This document shows, one piece after another, positions 12,345 to 26,535 of a DNA stretch of 64,000 nt. The position numbers and the translations under genes are program-made. The notes beneath the pieces were generated by a model that saw nothing but the letters and a program-made list of their open reading frames with translations, searched no databases and was not told the origin of the DNA. This stretch comes from Raja brachyura. Lineage: Eukaryota. Position 1 is the stretch's first letter. Every line of letters begins with the position of its first letter. The stretch lies in the NCBI GenBank assembly GCA_963514005.1, contig OY740787.1:83204001-83268000 (forward strand). Reading direction: 5' to 3'.

Positions 12345-13000
12345 TCAAGACGGAGACAGAAGGATGTCGGAATCTTGGGCCAAACACAAAGTGATGGAGG
12401 CAATAGATAAATGACATTTTGGGTTGGGACCCTTCTTCAAAACGATAGTAGTGTGAAGAAAGTTAGAAAAGCAAGGTGGGGGCAGGAAGGTGCAGGTGAG
12501 GAGCATGTTGATTAGCAAATGGGTGAAGTAAACGATGAATGCAAGAGGTAAAAAGGAGACAGAGTGTGTCGGACAAGGAGAAGAGAAATGTAAATACAGA
12601 GGAGGGGCGTAATGGTGGACGGAGGCAGGAGTAGGGGAAACGAGGGGGATAAAAGGGAGATAAGGGACTTGGGATTGGGAGATGAGATGATGGTGGGGAA
12701 ATAAGCAGGGTGACTGGGAGAGGTGGGTGGGGGTTGAGGGTGGACAGGGATGAGAAAATTAGGGGGGACATTATTTGAAATTGGAAAATTCAATGTTCAT
12801 ACATTTGGGTTGCAAATTATACAAGTGGAATAAGATGTGCAACTCCCGATGCGGTGCCTTTACATGGCGAGACCAAGTGACCATTTGCCAAACAAGGCAA
12901 CCATTTCTGTGAACCAAGGGCTGCTCGACTTCACGATTGCTAACCATTTTAACTCCATTCCCATAAACTTTTCTGTTCTTCACTGCTCAATTCCCAGGGT
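12345..13000 (-). mobile_element. Penelope-like element 3' region
   Basis: HILFHLYNLQPKCMNIEFSNFK resembles the PLE GIY-YIG C-terminus; pyrimidine-rich UTR and PLE terminus follow. Confidence 0.7.
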
Positions 13001-14239
13001 ACCTAATCTAACTCCACTTTTTAAGAAAGGAAGGAGAGAGAAAACGGGGAATTATAGACCAGTTAGCCTTGCATCGGTAGTGGGGAAGACATTGAGTCGA
13101 TTATTAAAGATGTAATAGCAGAGCATTTGGAAAGCAGTGATGGGATCGGTCAAAGTCAGCATGGATTTATGAAGGGGAAATCTTCTTGACTAATCTTCTG
13201 GAATTTTTTGAGGATATATCCCCCATCCCCCCCCGGGGCCGACTCCCTCACTCTCGTGGTTTTGCCCAAAGATCATAGGGCGGAGCTCCACTGTGATCAC
13301 TGTGTGCTTGTTCTGAGATTCTGGATGTCGGAAATCCTCAGAAGAGAAAAATACGCATGCGGGCCGGATAATTTCAGGTTACGAAGCATTGTCTTGCCAA
13401 AAAAGTGGTGGGGCTGCAGCCCCCTCGGTTCCGCGGCCCATGCTCACACCCTCTCCGAATTATGAAGCTCCTTTAAAACTGCTAAGGCATTGCTTGTTAC
13501 ATACATGAAAGAGTAACTTTTGAAGTGCTTCAGATGAATGTTAGTATTGATTCTGTCGAGCTAAATACCCAATCATAAAAGGCATCTTTCAATTAACTGG
13601 CAGGAGCTAAAAATTTCAGCTGAAAGCACCATTGTTTCACCTGCCCTCCTCACACTGAAAGAAAAGTACTTGAAAAACTATTGGCAGGCCAGCTGCTCGC
13701 ACTTCCCACTCTTTCAGTCCTAATTAGTTCCATATGATTCACACGTACTTTAACTTGCAGGCTGAAGAGGTCAGTAAATGCCAATTCCTGCAGCTTCAGT
13801 CATTACCATTGTTTAAAGATAACTTATCTCCATTAGAGTAATAACTCAGATACATCATGAGAAATTCTATAAAACTGTTCATAAAATCAGGTTTTCGTGA
13901 ACATTTTGATATTCTTTGACAGGATGTTTAGCCAATATATTAAACTGTTCTCAATTTCAAAACAAAATATCCAATTGCTGTATTTACACATTATATTTGT
14001 ATTTTTAAATCTGCAGTAGACATTAAAAATCAGCCAGGCAGAAATCAGAATTTAGGTAAGAGAATCTATTAGCATGTCGGTGTCCCCCAACCAAGACCTT
14101 CATCCTTTGGTCTTTCTCTGCCCCCTGCAAATCTACATTTCAACTTTGCTATTTTTCCTTCTTGCAGTCAGTCTGAGATTCTCGTCAGGGATTGTTGCTG
14201 ATCAGTGCCTCATAGAGTACAGCATAGGACCAGGCACAA

Positions 14240-14615
14240 ATGCTGAAAGAATGGGTCGACTGGGCTTATATTCACTGGAATTCAGAACGATGAGAGGGGA
14301 TCTTATAGAAATACTTACGATCACAGTTTAAGAATAAGGGGTAGGGCATTTAGGACTGAGATGAAGAAATGCTTCTTCATCCAGAGAGCTGTGAATCTGA
14401 GGAATTCTTTGCCACAGAAGACAGTGGAGGCCAATTCACTGGATGTTTTCAACAAGAGAGTTTTAGCTCTTTAGCTAAAGGAATCAAGGGATGTGGGGAA
14501 AAAGCAGGAACGTGGTACTGATTTTAGATGATCAGCCATGATCATATTGAATGGCGGTGCTGGCTCGAAGGGTCAAATGGCCTACTCCTGCACCTATTTT
14601 TCCATGTTTCTATGA
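14240..14615 (+). mobile_element. CR1 3' fragment
   Basis: RLGLYSLEFRTMRGDLIE; tail ctactcctgcacctatt. Confidence 0.85.
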
Positions 14616-14869
14616 AGTCCTGAACTGGGGAAAGGCTAATTTTGATGGTATTAGGCAGGAACTTTCAAAGGTTTATTGGTGAGACTGTTTGCAGGCTAAG
14701 TGAAACACCACACACTTACCCACATTAAACGACACCTGCCATTTTTCTCCACCCATATCTGCAATAATAGTGTATCTGCAAACATGCTAATCATGACGCT
14801 CATATTCTTAAGCTGAACAAGATAATGCTTTAAAATTATTTTAATGCTCAGTTTATAAGTAATACTGGC

Positions 14870-14936
14870 CTTGTTGTCACAACGGAATCTTCATGGGACC
14901 ATGGTACATGAAACCTGTATACATCTGCTCTCTTCC
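14870..14936 (-). CDS. PGAP1: PGAP1 exon 17 (GC donor)
   Basis: 67 nt; GKRADVYRFHVPWSHEDSVVTT(S); frame with exon 18 requires donor AG|GCCAGT. Confidence 0.9.
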
Positions 14937-16962
14937 CTGTCAATTAGAAATAATCTCTTGTAACAAAAAGCAGTAGTCAGCAATCTAGATCACATAGTAA
15001 CAAAAAACAATTTGAAAATACTTGATGATGAAATAACTGCACATTAAACGAGGGAAAACTAACCAGCATGAAAAAAAGTCAAATATTTCCAGTGAAACCT
15101 AATAGTCTATTCATGTTACTGACTTTAAAACTTAATAAAAAGGGAACTTTTGCCAGTATTTCATAGCCATTGTTTACTTGGCGAGTCTGAGGAGTTAAAT
15201 TAAACATTCCAACACCCAAGCTTTAAGTTCAGAACTTCCATGTACCATCATGGATCTGTTGTGATAGTTTCTGCTCCATTCTCAGTCTCAGACCCATCTT
15301 GTCTTACTCTTTTCTTCAAGGTCTAAAAATTGCTACAAAGCTCGCCATGCTATTGTCAAAAGTCTTGGCCAACTCTTCTTCCAGGAAAGGGTAGACTCGA
15401 AGACATCCCACAACAGCATGTTGGAGTAGGAGGCACACCAAGAATAATACAGGTATCTTGTATCTTTCGCTGAAAAAACCCTAGCATTTATAGAATTATC
15501 AAGTTGGTGACTTTTCTTTCCTGTCCACCTTTAATAACAAGAGTTCTTCAAGTTGATGAAGAGGGCCCATGACAGAGTTGAGCACATGCCTGTCACCATG
15601 TAACAGCGTTGGTGGAAACATGCTTAAACTGCAATTTCATTGAGCATTTTTTAAAAGAGTCGCTCGGGCAGCTGATGGATTTTCTGAATTGCTGAGAATG
15701 CAGGCGCAGGTGTAAAAACCAGAGCACACAGAGAAGACTAAACTCTTGCCATCCACCTCCTAATCTGGTTCCATTGGTGAGATCAAACCCCACTTCAAAA
15801 ATGTTGGCAGCTGGAACCTACCAAACTTTAATGACTCCCACGATTGTCAAATATTCAAAGCTTCCAATTGAAAAGCTCAATAATTTTAACCAATGCTGGG
15901 GGATTTATACAAGTTTACACTGCACCCCTGGGCACCCATTGGTAGATATTTCCCAGCAAATGCTTAGTAAGTCCTCAACTTGCCAGCACTCCGTCCACAA
16001 CGACCAACAGTGAACCACAAACTCCGGGCCCTTCTTTCCACTTGAAATAATCATGGATTCACTTTGACCATTATGTTCCAGCTAAAATTTTCAATTAATC
16101 AAATCTTTCCTCCAAACAGTTACTTCTCATTCCTGGCATAAATTCATCAGATCATACTTGCACTCTGGGCCGCTTATGAATGTAATTGATGACATTTTCA
16201 GCAACTAATGAAATGGAGAAAAAATATTAAAACTGCGCACCAAATAAATGGATGTTTGTTACTGGGGGAGATATCTTTCGGTCTTGAATTATTTTCCTGT
16301 AAATCCTGAAGAATGTAGCCAGACCAAATTGTATATTTTATATTGTATATTTTCAACATGACTTCCATCTATATTCATATTTAATGCCTTAATGTACAAA
16401 AAAGTATCAAAATGGAATTCAGATTTTTAACTACATAACGTTTGTTTTGTTTTTAAAATATCTGGAATGTCTGGTTTTCTACTGTGAAGAATTTTACCAT
16501 TTAAGGTATTCGTGCTTGGTCATTTATAATCCTGACGCATATTTCTCTTCACTGAAGTGTTATTGGCACCAATTACTCATTCCACTAACCGTCCATATTT
16601 TCCTGAATTCTTCAATATATTTCACATAACTAGCCATGATAACAAATTCATGATGGCCCAGCGTGAAGATAACCAGATCTCAGATATGTTTACAATAATT
16701 TGTAAGAACTTCTTTATTTATTAATAGACACCCTTTTCCCATGTAACTCATCTGCTGCATAACCTGCCATGAAAAACAGAAACATCTTGCAAAATGGACG
16801 ATTTTCCAAGTACTGCAATTGAATGAGAGCAACCAGGAAGAAGAAAACAAGATTGGATAGATCTGTCCCAACCACATTTAAGGAATAAAGGTTGGCTGTA
16901 GAGGTGCAACATGATTTACATTGAGAAATAAAGTTACAACTTACTTTAGAATAAAAACTTAC

Positions 16963-17014
16963 CATGCAAAGAATGGCATCGACTTTCAACATGGATTTCA
17001 AAAGCCTGATATAT
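16963..17014 (-). CDS. PGAP1: PGAP1 exon 16
   Basis: 52 nt, AG/GTAAGT; IYQAFEIHVESRCHSLH. Confidence 0.92.
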
Positions 17015-17069
17015 CTAAAATGGGAGAGAGAGAGAGAGAGACATAAATACGATGTTTTGTGAAAATTAC

Positions 17070-18361
17070 TGGATGCCTCTAGGAAATGAGTCTTTGAGAA
17101 AAGGGGAAGTACAACGGGATCTGGGGGTCCTTGTTCATCAGTCAATGAAAGTAAGCATGCAGGTACAGCAGGCAGTGAAGAAAGCAAATGGCATGTAGGC
17201 CTTCATAACAAGAGGAGTTGAGTATATAGGAGTTGAGGAGTGTGATCTCCTAATTTGAGGAAGGACATCCTTGTGATTGAGGCAGTGCAGCGTAGGTTCA
17301 CAAGATTGATCCCTGGGATGGCGGGACTGTCATATGAGGAAAGATTGAAAAGACTAGGCTTGTATTCACTAGAGTTTAGGAGAATGAGGGGGGATCTGAT
17401 AGAAACATATAAAATTATAATAGGACTGGACAAGCTAAATGCAGGAAAAATGTTCCCAATGTTGGGCGAGTCCAGAACCAGGGGCCACAGTCTAAGAATA
17501 AAGGGGAGGTCATTTAAGACTGAGCTGAAAAAAAACTTTTACACCCAGAGAGTTGTGAATTTATGGAATTCTCTGCCACAGAGGGCAGTGGAGGCCAAAT
17601 CACTGGATGGATTTAAGAGAGAGTTGGATAGAGCTCTAGGGGCTAGTGGAGTCAAGGGATATGGGGAGAAGGCAGGCACGGGTTATTGATAGCGGAAGAT
17701 GAGTCATGATCATATTGAATGGCGGTGCTGGCTCGAAGGGCCGAATGGTCTCCTCCTGCACCTATTTTCTATATTTCTATATGAGCAAAGAGGTCCTTCT
17801 GCAGTTGTGTTGGGCCCTAGTGAGACCACACCTGGAGTATTGTGTGCAGTTTTGGTCCCCTAATTTGAGGAAGGACATTCTTGTTATTGAGGGAGTGCAG
17901 CGAAGGTTTACAAAGTTAATTCCCGGGATTGTGGGACTGTGATATGCTGAGAGAATGGAGCGGCTGGGCTTGTATATTCTGGAGTTTAGGAAGATTGAAA
18001 CATATAAGATTATTAAGGGTTTGGACACGCTAGAGGCAGGAAACATGTTCCCAATGTTGGGGGAGACCAGAACCAGGGGCCTCAGTTTAAGAATAAGGGG
18101 TAAGCCATTTAGAACGGAGAAGAGGAAACACTTCTTCACACAGAGAGTTGTGAGTGTGTGGAATTCTCTGCCTCAGAGGGCAGTGGAGGCTCTCTGGATA
18201 CTTTCAAGAGAGAGCTAGGGCTCTTAAAGATAGCGGAGTCAGGGGATATGGGGAGGCGGCAGGAACAGGGTACTGATTAGGGATGATCAGCCATGATCGC
18301 ATTGAATGGTGGTGCTGGCTCGAAGGGCCAAATGGCCTACTCCTGCACCTATTGTCTATTG
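17070..18361 (+). mobile_element. Two tandem CR1 3' fragments (junction ~17782)
   Basis: RKDILVIEAVQRRFTRLIPGMAGLSYEERLKRLGLYSLEFRRMRGDLIE-type sequence twice, each with a 3' UTR tail. Confidence 0.92.
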
Positions 18362-18386
18362 CTGCATAATTCTCACTCCACTGTAC

Positions 18387-18460
18387 CTTTTCGAAGTCCT
18401 GAAGCTGGACATAATGTATCAGTCCTGTTGAGTTGATTAAAACTCTGTGAACAGAGGCAC
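18387..18460 (-). CDS. PGAP1: PGAP1 exon 15
   Basis: 74 nt after a 98-nt intron; GASVHRVLINSTGLIHYVQLQDFEK. Confidence 0.9.
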
Positions 18461-18558
18461 CTATGTGAAAACAATGAATTCAGTTATTCACAGCAGCTTA
18501 TGAATATAGTCAAGTAAATTCCCAGTAATAAATGTAATAAAGAAAGATAACCATTTAC

Positions 18559-18634
18559 CGAATGACAGGACATTTGTAATTGGGATAGACATCGTTCTAG
18601 ATTTTGCTGTCAGGTATTCACATTCCATTCTGAA
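18559..18634 (-). CDS. PGAP1: PGAP1 exon 14
   Basis: 76 nt; FRMECEYLTAKSRTMSIPITNVLSF(G). Confidence 0.9.
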
Positions 18635-19204
18635 CTGTGAAAAAATTGGCAACAGAAAGTCACAAAACATATAAGCATTAATGATATTTAGAAATTCCAT
18701 TTCTTCACACCCTAACCTTTCTGCATAAAAAAACTGAAAAATTCTCAACTTATTTTCAATGGATGAATGCAGCTGTGCTGTGTCACCAACAACAGAGTTT
18801 GAAGACTACAGCTAAAATGACAACTGTAAATGATACTTACTCTTTGATTCTCTTCATTAGGAGCGTCACCTTTGTTAGCCGAGGTTAATAAAATTTACAA
18901 TTTCCTTTGAATTTAATACTTTAATTATTCACATATCTAGTTTAAACTTGAAGAGTAAGGCTTTTATTCATTATATACTGTATGAAGAAGCAACAAAGAA
19001 AACTTTAAAAAATGAATTTAACGTCAAGCTTGAAGGTGGACTTTGCACACTTTTAATTCGCCAAATAAAGACAGCATTTTCATGTGATCCAAATTGAAAG
19101 GTCATCATCAGAAAAACAAAGCTAAATTAGAACAAACCATGATGATGATTTTATTGAAGTTTTTTGACCCGTGGTCCACTAAGGGCAGCTGTTTGCAGAG
19201 CTCA

Positions 19205-19500
19205 CTTTAGACTTTAGAGATAGTGTGGAAACAGGCCCCAATGAGTCCGCTCCGACCAGAAATCACCCCGTACACTCACACTATCGTACACACTAGGGAC
19301 AATTTACACTTTTACCGAAGCCAGTGAACCTAGAAACCTGTACATGTTTTGAGTGTGGGAGAAAACTGGAACCCCCTGGAGAAAACCTACGTGGTCACAG
19401 AGAGAATGTATAAACTCTGTGCAGACAGCACCTTCAGTCAGGATCAAACCCGGGTCTCTGGCACTGAGGCAGCAATTCTACCGCCGCGCCACTGTGCCTC
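19205..19500 (-). mobile_element. V-SINE
   Basis: Reverse complement of the SINE consensus at 714-1016. Confidence 0.85.
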
Positions 19501-20094
19501 ACTGTTACCATGTCACCTGCTGACATGCAGATCAAGAAAAAGCAGAGAAAACAGTAAGAGGGTAGAATAGAGGAGTGACATATAAACAGAGGAGGCAGGG
19601 GAAAGAGTTGAAAGAACATATACTGGATTCTCAAACGAATGGGAAGGTTTGATAGTGTCTCCTGCATAAATGGGCCACTGCAAGCATGAGTAACAGTCTG
19701 CACCATTCAGCAGTGAGGTACCCAGATATCATTATATTTTTCAGTGGTCTCTATTTACAAAAGGGCATCATGTGAAAATGAATATGGGAGACCCGGTGGA
19801 AATAATATCAATGACCCAAGGAGGAATTCTTTAAGCATGCATGTTCTAAACTTACACCACAGTTTGTTCCTCTCTTGACTGTGAGCGAAAGCCGAAGCTT
19901 CATCGTTTGATTCCATTTATTTTGGGAGGTCAAACTCAAAATATTCATATTGGTGTTATCAGCATATGCGCAAATGACACCTGGGATGATATGCATGCTA
20001 GGGTGAGATTTAAGAGAAAATGTGCATAAATATTTCCAACACCTGCAAAAAGTGTTTTTTAATACTTCACGCATTAAAAATTACAGAATATTTT

Positions 20095-20630
20095 TTTTAA
20101 ACCTGGACCACATTCTAGACACCGCTCTCTTGACACACCATGTTATAGGAAAGATGTTATCAAACTGAAAAGGGTACAGAGAAGATTTACGATGATGTTG
20201 CCAGGCCGACAGGGTCTGAGCTTTAGGTAGAGGTTGAGTAGGCTGGGACTCTATTCCCTGGAGCGCAAGAGGGTGAGGGGTGATCTTATAGAGGTGTATA
20301 AAATCATGAGAAGAATAGATCGGGTAGATGCCCAGAGTGAATCGAGGATCAGAGGACATAGGTTTAAGGTGAAGGGGAAAAGATTTAATAGGAATAATGA
20401 GGGGTAATTTTTTCACACAAAGGGTGGTAGGTGTATGAAACAAGCTGCCAGAGGAGGTAGTTGAGGCTGGAAGTATCCCAATGTTTAAGAAACTGTTAGA
20501 CAGGTACATGGATAGGACAGGTTTGGAAGAATATGGACCAAACGCAGGCAGGTGGGACTGATGTAGCTGGGACATGTTGGCCGGTGTGGCCAAGTTGACC
20601 GAAGGGCCTGTTTCCACACTCCATCACTAT
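20095..20630 (+). mobile_element. CR1 3' fragment (second subfamily)
   Basis: Similar to 51143-51660; tail gggcctgtttccacact shared with V-SINEs. Confidence 0.85.
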
Positions 20631-21810
20631 ATGCACATGGCAAAAATGCTGTTCCAGAATATAGCATAAGCCCACTTTTCTTCAAAACAATTACAAGGTT
20701 TACTGAACTGTTGGGTTTACGCAACCATTTTTGAAACAAATTTTCCATATCAAAATAAAGTTAAACAATCTGAAAATGTCAAATGAAATTACAGGCAGCT
20801 GTTGTCCTCAGCAAATAGAAAGACAACAGTGAGAGTTCTATATTATGGAAGCACGGTATTGAATCAACATGGAGTTGTCAGCTGCCACCTTACAAAAAAA
20901 ATTACATTTGGTCAAACCAATGTTTGCACATTGACACGCGAACAAAATATTATATAAAAATTTTGTGCCTTATTGAATATGTCAATTTTTGGAAGGAATA
21001 TTGTTCCTTACAAGCTGAGCAGCCCAAATAAATCATGAAGTGTCTGTCAAATCTGCTGCTAAATTACCACACGTTTATTGCTTTTGCGCTGGAGCTTCTG
21101 CCAACTCCGGAAAGTACACTTTACACAGCTTACGATGCCACTTATGTCCTTTCACATCAACCAAACCGTAATGTTAAATATTACTCCTTATCTAAAAATA
21201 TCACAACATTGTGCATCATAACAAGTTTACATTTTAAAGATTCACTTTTTTTTAAGTTCATGATATGTTTAACATATGTTATCAGCTTACAAAAAACATC
21301 TAATATATGTCACAGGCTTCCTAAGATCTTCAAGGAACTTTGTTTCAAGTTAGTTGGAAGTAATTATTCCATAATCAGTTATCTCACCGAGCAAAAGGCA
21401 GGTTTATTAACCTAGTGTTCACTCCATGGCGAGAGATATCTTGCTCTTGATTTTATATAAGGCTGCATATAAAAACAATGCACAACTAGGCTGTCTGTTC
21501 ACTCCACTTCCAACACTATCGCTAACAAGGTATTGAATACAATTTTATATAATTGGGATATGCAGCTAACATTTGGAAAACAAATAAAACTGCTTATGTT
21601 GGAGTGTGAGACAAAGAACAGAAGTGCTAGGAGAACTCAACAATTGGCCGAATTGTTCCAGCATTTTTTTTGTATTTACAATTTGTTTATTTTACTTATA
21701 ACAAAGGAAGAAAAATAAAATTATGTCAGCCTGAAAAAGGCTAAAATCTTCTATATCCGAATATTTTTAATTCCACAAAAAATTATCTAATTCACTTTGT
21801 TTTTAGTTAC

Positions 21811-21891
21811 CTGTTTATTAACGCGAGCTTTAGACACATGAATGACAAAATGGGAGAATGAACGGTACTTTTCCACATTGAAGTTCACGAT
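21811..21891 (-). CDS. PGAP1: PGAP1 exon 13
   Basis: 81 nt, phase 0/0; IVNFNVEKYRSFSHFVIHVSKARVNKQ. Confidence 0.85.
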
Positions 21892-22779
21892 CTGAAGAAC
21901 AAACAATAGATTATGATATACAGGATATAACTGGTGCGTGCCCTGGTGCAACCAACAAATTCAGAAAAATAAATTGTGATAATCCTTATAGAAGATACTG
22001 CACGTCCTCCAGAATGTCAAGCCTGATGTAACAGCCAGATAATTGAGTCAAATGCTGCACATGAATGTTTGAAATATCATAATTATACTTTATTAGCCAA
22101 GTATGTTTTGCATTATACGAGGAATTTGATTTGCCATAGTCATACCAATATTGATAGAAAAATACAAGTAACATTGCATTTCAGCAAAAGGAATCAGCAC
22201 TTAATAACATTAGTAGAAGTGGGCATCGTGCCAAAGGGCCTGCCCTTGTTCCATACTGTTCTGTGGTCTAAAAAGAAACAAAAATACCTATGTGGAGAAC
22301 TTTAAATCTTAAACTTGGTCAAAGTATGAAATGGAACATTACCAGACAATCAAAAAAGCATTTAATATTGTTATTTCATTCGAATCTAAACAATATGAAA
22401 GTTCCTGTAGCTTACTTCACTGGTTACATAAAGATTCCAGAAGTATTTCATGACTGCTGTGCGATTCAAAATGATCTTTTCCTTAGTGCCACTTTCCTAA
22501 TACTAATTCCATATTCCGAAATTCCGGTAAAATCTGGAAATCTATTTATCTCCATGACCAAGACTCATGGTCCAGTTATGTCATGAATTCCAAAGAATCA
22601 TTTTTGCTGGGTGAAGAAACATCTCATCATCTCTGTCCTGATTAGTCAACGTCCGTTTCAGACTCCTGGTTTTAACAACCAGTTAAGGGGAAAATCAAAT
22701 CCACATCCATCACATCAAGTCATTCAGAACTTTGTCACTCTTTAAACTCAAGACTGTCATAAGGTCATAAGTGACAGGA

Positions 22780-23652
22780 GTGGTCTGCGGAGCTTCTCGC
22801 CGCGGATGGCGATGACTTTAACATCGCGGAGTCCTGGGACCCCTTGCTGGGGGTCGCCAGTGATGGAGCTCCGCCTAACTCGGCCTGTGGACTTCGGGTG
22901 CCGCGGTCTCCGGTAGGAAGCGGCCGATTCAATAGACAATAGGTGCAGGAGTAGGCCATTCAGCCCTTCGAGCCAGCACCGCCATTCAATGTGATCATGA
23001 CTGATCATCCCCAATCAGTACCCCGTTCCCGCCATAACCACTACTCCGCTATATTTAAGAGCCCTATCTAGCTCTCTCGTGAAAGTATCCAGAGAACTGG
23101 CCTCCACCGCCGTCTGAGGCAGAGAATTCCACAGACTCACAACTCTCTGTAAGAAAAAGTGTTTCCTCATCTCCGTTCTAAATGGCTTACCCCTTATTCT
23201 TAAACTGTGACCCCTGGTTCTGGACTCCCCCAACATCGGGAACATGTTTCCTGCCTCTGGCACATCCAAACCCTTAATAATCTTATATGTTTTAATAAGA
23301 TCCCCTCTCCTCCTTCTAAACTACAGAGCGTACATTCGGAAACTCCAAGCCGCTGAGTGTTCTTCCGTTGCTACGTCGGAGCTCCAATCATCCCGGCGAG
23401 AGGGCCTGAACATCGGGCTGCCATAGCGGCGACTGCGGAGGGCTCAAAGGCCCCGACCACGGGTGAGGAAAGAAGGGGAAGATGACTGAACTTTATTGCC
23501 TTCCCTCACAGTGGGAACGTTGATTCCGCTGTGTGGGGATGTTTATGTTAAACTCTGTCGTGTATTGCGTTTTTTTTTAATTCATATGACTGTATGGTAA
23601 CTCAAATCTCACTGTACCAATTGGTGCATGTGATAATGTAACTTGAACTTGA
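22780..23652 (+). mobile_element. GC-rich non-coding retroposon with Rex1-like tail, split by CR1
   Basis: CpG-rich body 22780-22930 and 23332-23480; tail ctcactgtacc..gtgataat..aacttgaacttga. Confidence 0.5.
22930..23330 (-). mobile_element. CR1 3' fragment
   Basis: AGNMFPMLGESRTRGHSLRIRGKPFRTEMRKHFF. Confidence 0.88.
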
Positions 23653-24325
23653 GTAGAATTAGTCCATTCGGCCCATCAAGTCTACTCTGCTGTTCAATCA
23701 TGGCTGATCTATCTCTCCCTCCCAACCCCAATTCTCCTGCCTTCTCCCCATAATCCCTGACACCTGTACTAATCAAAAATCTATCTATTTCTGCCTTTTA
23801 AAAAAATCCACTGATAGCCTCCACAGCCTTCTGTGGCAAAGAATTCCACAGACTCACCACCCTCACATCTCAATTCCTCTTGAAATAAAAGCCAATGTAC
23901 CGTTTGCTTTCCTAATTGCTTGCTGAATATGTATATTAACTTTCAGAGATTCGAGCACAAGGACACTCGGGTCCATCGAAACAGCAATATTTTTCATTCT
24001 CTGCATGTATTAATAACTCTGAATGCTCAAAATGCTGCACAAAATGTACAATACCTTTACTTTAAAAAAATGCTAATCCTTCAAGATGAACTTCATTGCA
24101 CAAAATTTAAAAAAAGAGGCATAGTAAAAACTCTGGGGATTTGGGAACAAATGTGTAGGTGACATAATAAATAATTATAGTCTGCATCGTTATTGAAAGA
24201 GAAATCCCAAACCAACATCAACATGCATAGTACCATAATTAAATGTGGACAGAAGGATATTCCTCAGCTGCAGCAGTCCTCAAGCAGTGTAATGTACATG
24301 CTTCAAAAATAAAATGTAAGCTTAC

Positions 24326-24377
24326 CTTGTACATTTTCAGCAATTCCTCCTCTCCAGTCAGATCAATGCCTTCTTGG
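24326..24377 (-). CDS. PGAP1: PGAP1 exon 12
   Basis: 52 nt, AG/GTAAG; (C)QEGIDLTGEEELLKMYK. Confidence 0.9.
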
Positions 24378-26309
24378 CTGCACGGGAGATTTAATGGTAA
24401 ATTCGAGTGAATTTGATATAAGGAGGAATGTAAATGACATTGACATTCATCTTAGTAGGTCAGAGAGGTCATGCAACATTCCCAAGCAAAGTGGTTAAAA
24501 AGTAAAGTAAAAGAAATATATGCAAAGATGAAGGGAGCCACTGCAAGTCACTGACCATGCACATATTATTATTCACTGTGTCCTCCTCAGGATTAAATGT
24601 TAAACATGAAAAGAAACATGGTGTGATACATAAGAATATACATATAAGTAGTTTGAATTTTTTTTGGACTTGTGGCAATACTTTTTTTTTTAAATCAATA
24701 ACACTTGTGCTTGTTAATATCATTCCTTTTTCTGTATTGGATGGAGTTGAAATGAAGTGCATGTCCTATATCCATTTGCAAACAACAATAACTCACATTG
24801 TTAAGTTAATCACTTTGTTAAATGCTAATTTTACTAATTTCACAGGTTACCAAACCTGCTTTGAACTTTATACATTAGACCATGCAGGAAACTTTCTTTG
24901 TTGACAAAGAACAAAAACAAAAATAGTATATTGGCCACAATTTATATCCATTAAAATAAAAATTCCACACAAGGCACAATCATTTACTGATATATACCCT
25001 GATGAAGATTTTCACAGGTGAATGCTGAGCAAAACTAACTGCCATTTGTATAAATAATGAAGTTACAAATGTATGCAACAACTGCACTCTTCACGAACAC
25101 TATTCTGCTTAGATCACTTATCAGAGGATGCAAAGCATCTCAAGAGCATCCATGTTAATCCATGAGCAAGGAACCAAAATAGCATTATTATAAAGAAATA
25201 ATTTAACACTTATTATTTATTACATTACTTATTACAATATATTTTATATCTTTTTATTTAAATATGTCATATTACTTGGCATTAGTCATTTTGATTAATT
25301 CAATTAAAATAGATTCCAAGTCATGTTAAATTATAGGCCCAGGTAGTTTAGTGTTAATCCTTTGAATTTATTCTATTTCTTAACAACCTTTCCCCAATGT
25401 TAATATTCAATTATAAGAAAGTAAATTTTGCATTCTTAAATTCTGTACTCTAAGCTCAGTCTTTGAATTTGCAACACATTTATATTTATGTTTATAAGTT
25501 ATAGGAGCAGAATCAGGCCATTCAGCCAATCAGATCTACTCCGCCATTTAATCATGGCATGGTCTATCTTTCCCGCTCAACCCCATACGCCTGCTTTCTC
25601 CCCATAACCCCGATACCCTTTCTAATCAAGTACGTACTCATTAAATCTCTGTCCTTTCACTTGAAACATATCTCTGTTGGACATACTTTCATTGACAATT
25701 AGAAGTGACTTGTTCATAAGCCATGTTGCAACTGCTGGGGCCATCAGGCCCATCACAGACTTCACTGAGTCCCAACTTCAACAATGTAGAGTCCAGATAC
25801 GTCCCTTACCTTGCATGTTCTTGACTGCACAAACTTTTTGGAAACGCAATTGTGAATGTCAGTCCCAAGTAACATTTCAATTTAAATCTAAGAGAGCCCA
25901 ATTCATATTTTTTAAGTTTTAATTTTGTCACATCAAGCACTAATTGTTGAATTTTCACAATATAGAACTGAACAAATAAATTGCTCCATCTGAGTGCAGG
26001 TAGATGGGACTAGGGGGAAATAAATGGTCGGCACGGACTGGAAGGGCCGAGAAGGCCTGTTTCCGTGCTGTAATTGTTATATGGTTATATCTCAACTTTA
26101 AAAGATCATTTTACAGTGACAAGAACCAAGGATAACCGGATCTCTGCATTAAACAACATGCATTTTAGGCAAAAGATTTGTTGTTGGGCTGAAGGCATTG
26201 CCATTTTTATTCAGATAATAGGATGTGTAAAATCAACCAGCAGGTATCACTTCTGCTACTTGATAATCAACCCAGTCGGCATGTTCAAAATAAGAAGGGT
26301 CAATGTTGA

Positions 26310-26535
26310 TGAGACTTTTTCCACCCAGAGAGTTGTGAATCTGTGGAATTCATTGCATGTTTTCAAGAGAGTTAGATTTACCTCTCAGAGCTAAAGGAAT
26401 CAGGTGATATGGGGAAAAAGCAGGAATGGAGTACTGATTTTGGATGATCAGCCATGATCATATTGAATGGCAATGCTGGCTCGAAGGGTCGAATGGCCTA
26501 CTCCTACACCTATTGTCTAAGCTGCTGTGTTTCTA
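26310..26535 (+). mobile_element. CR1 3' end
   Basis: TQRVVNLWNSL plus 3' UTR. Confidence 0.8.
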
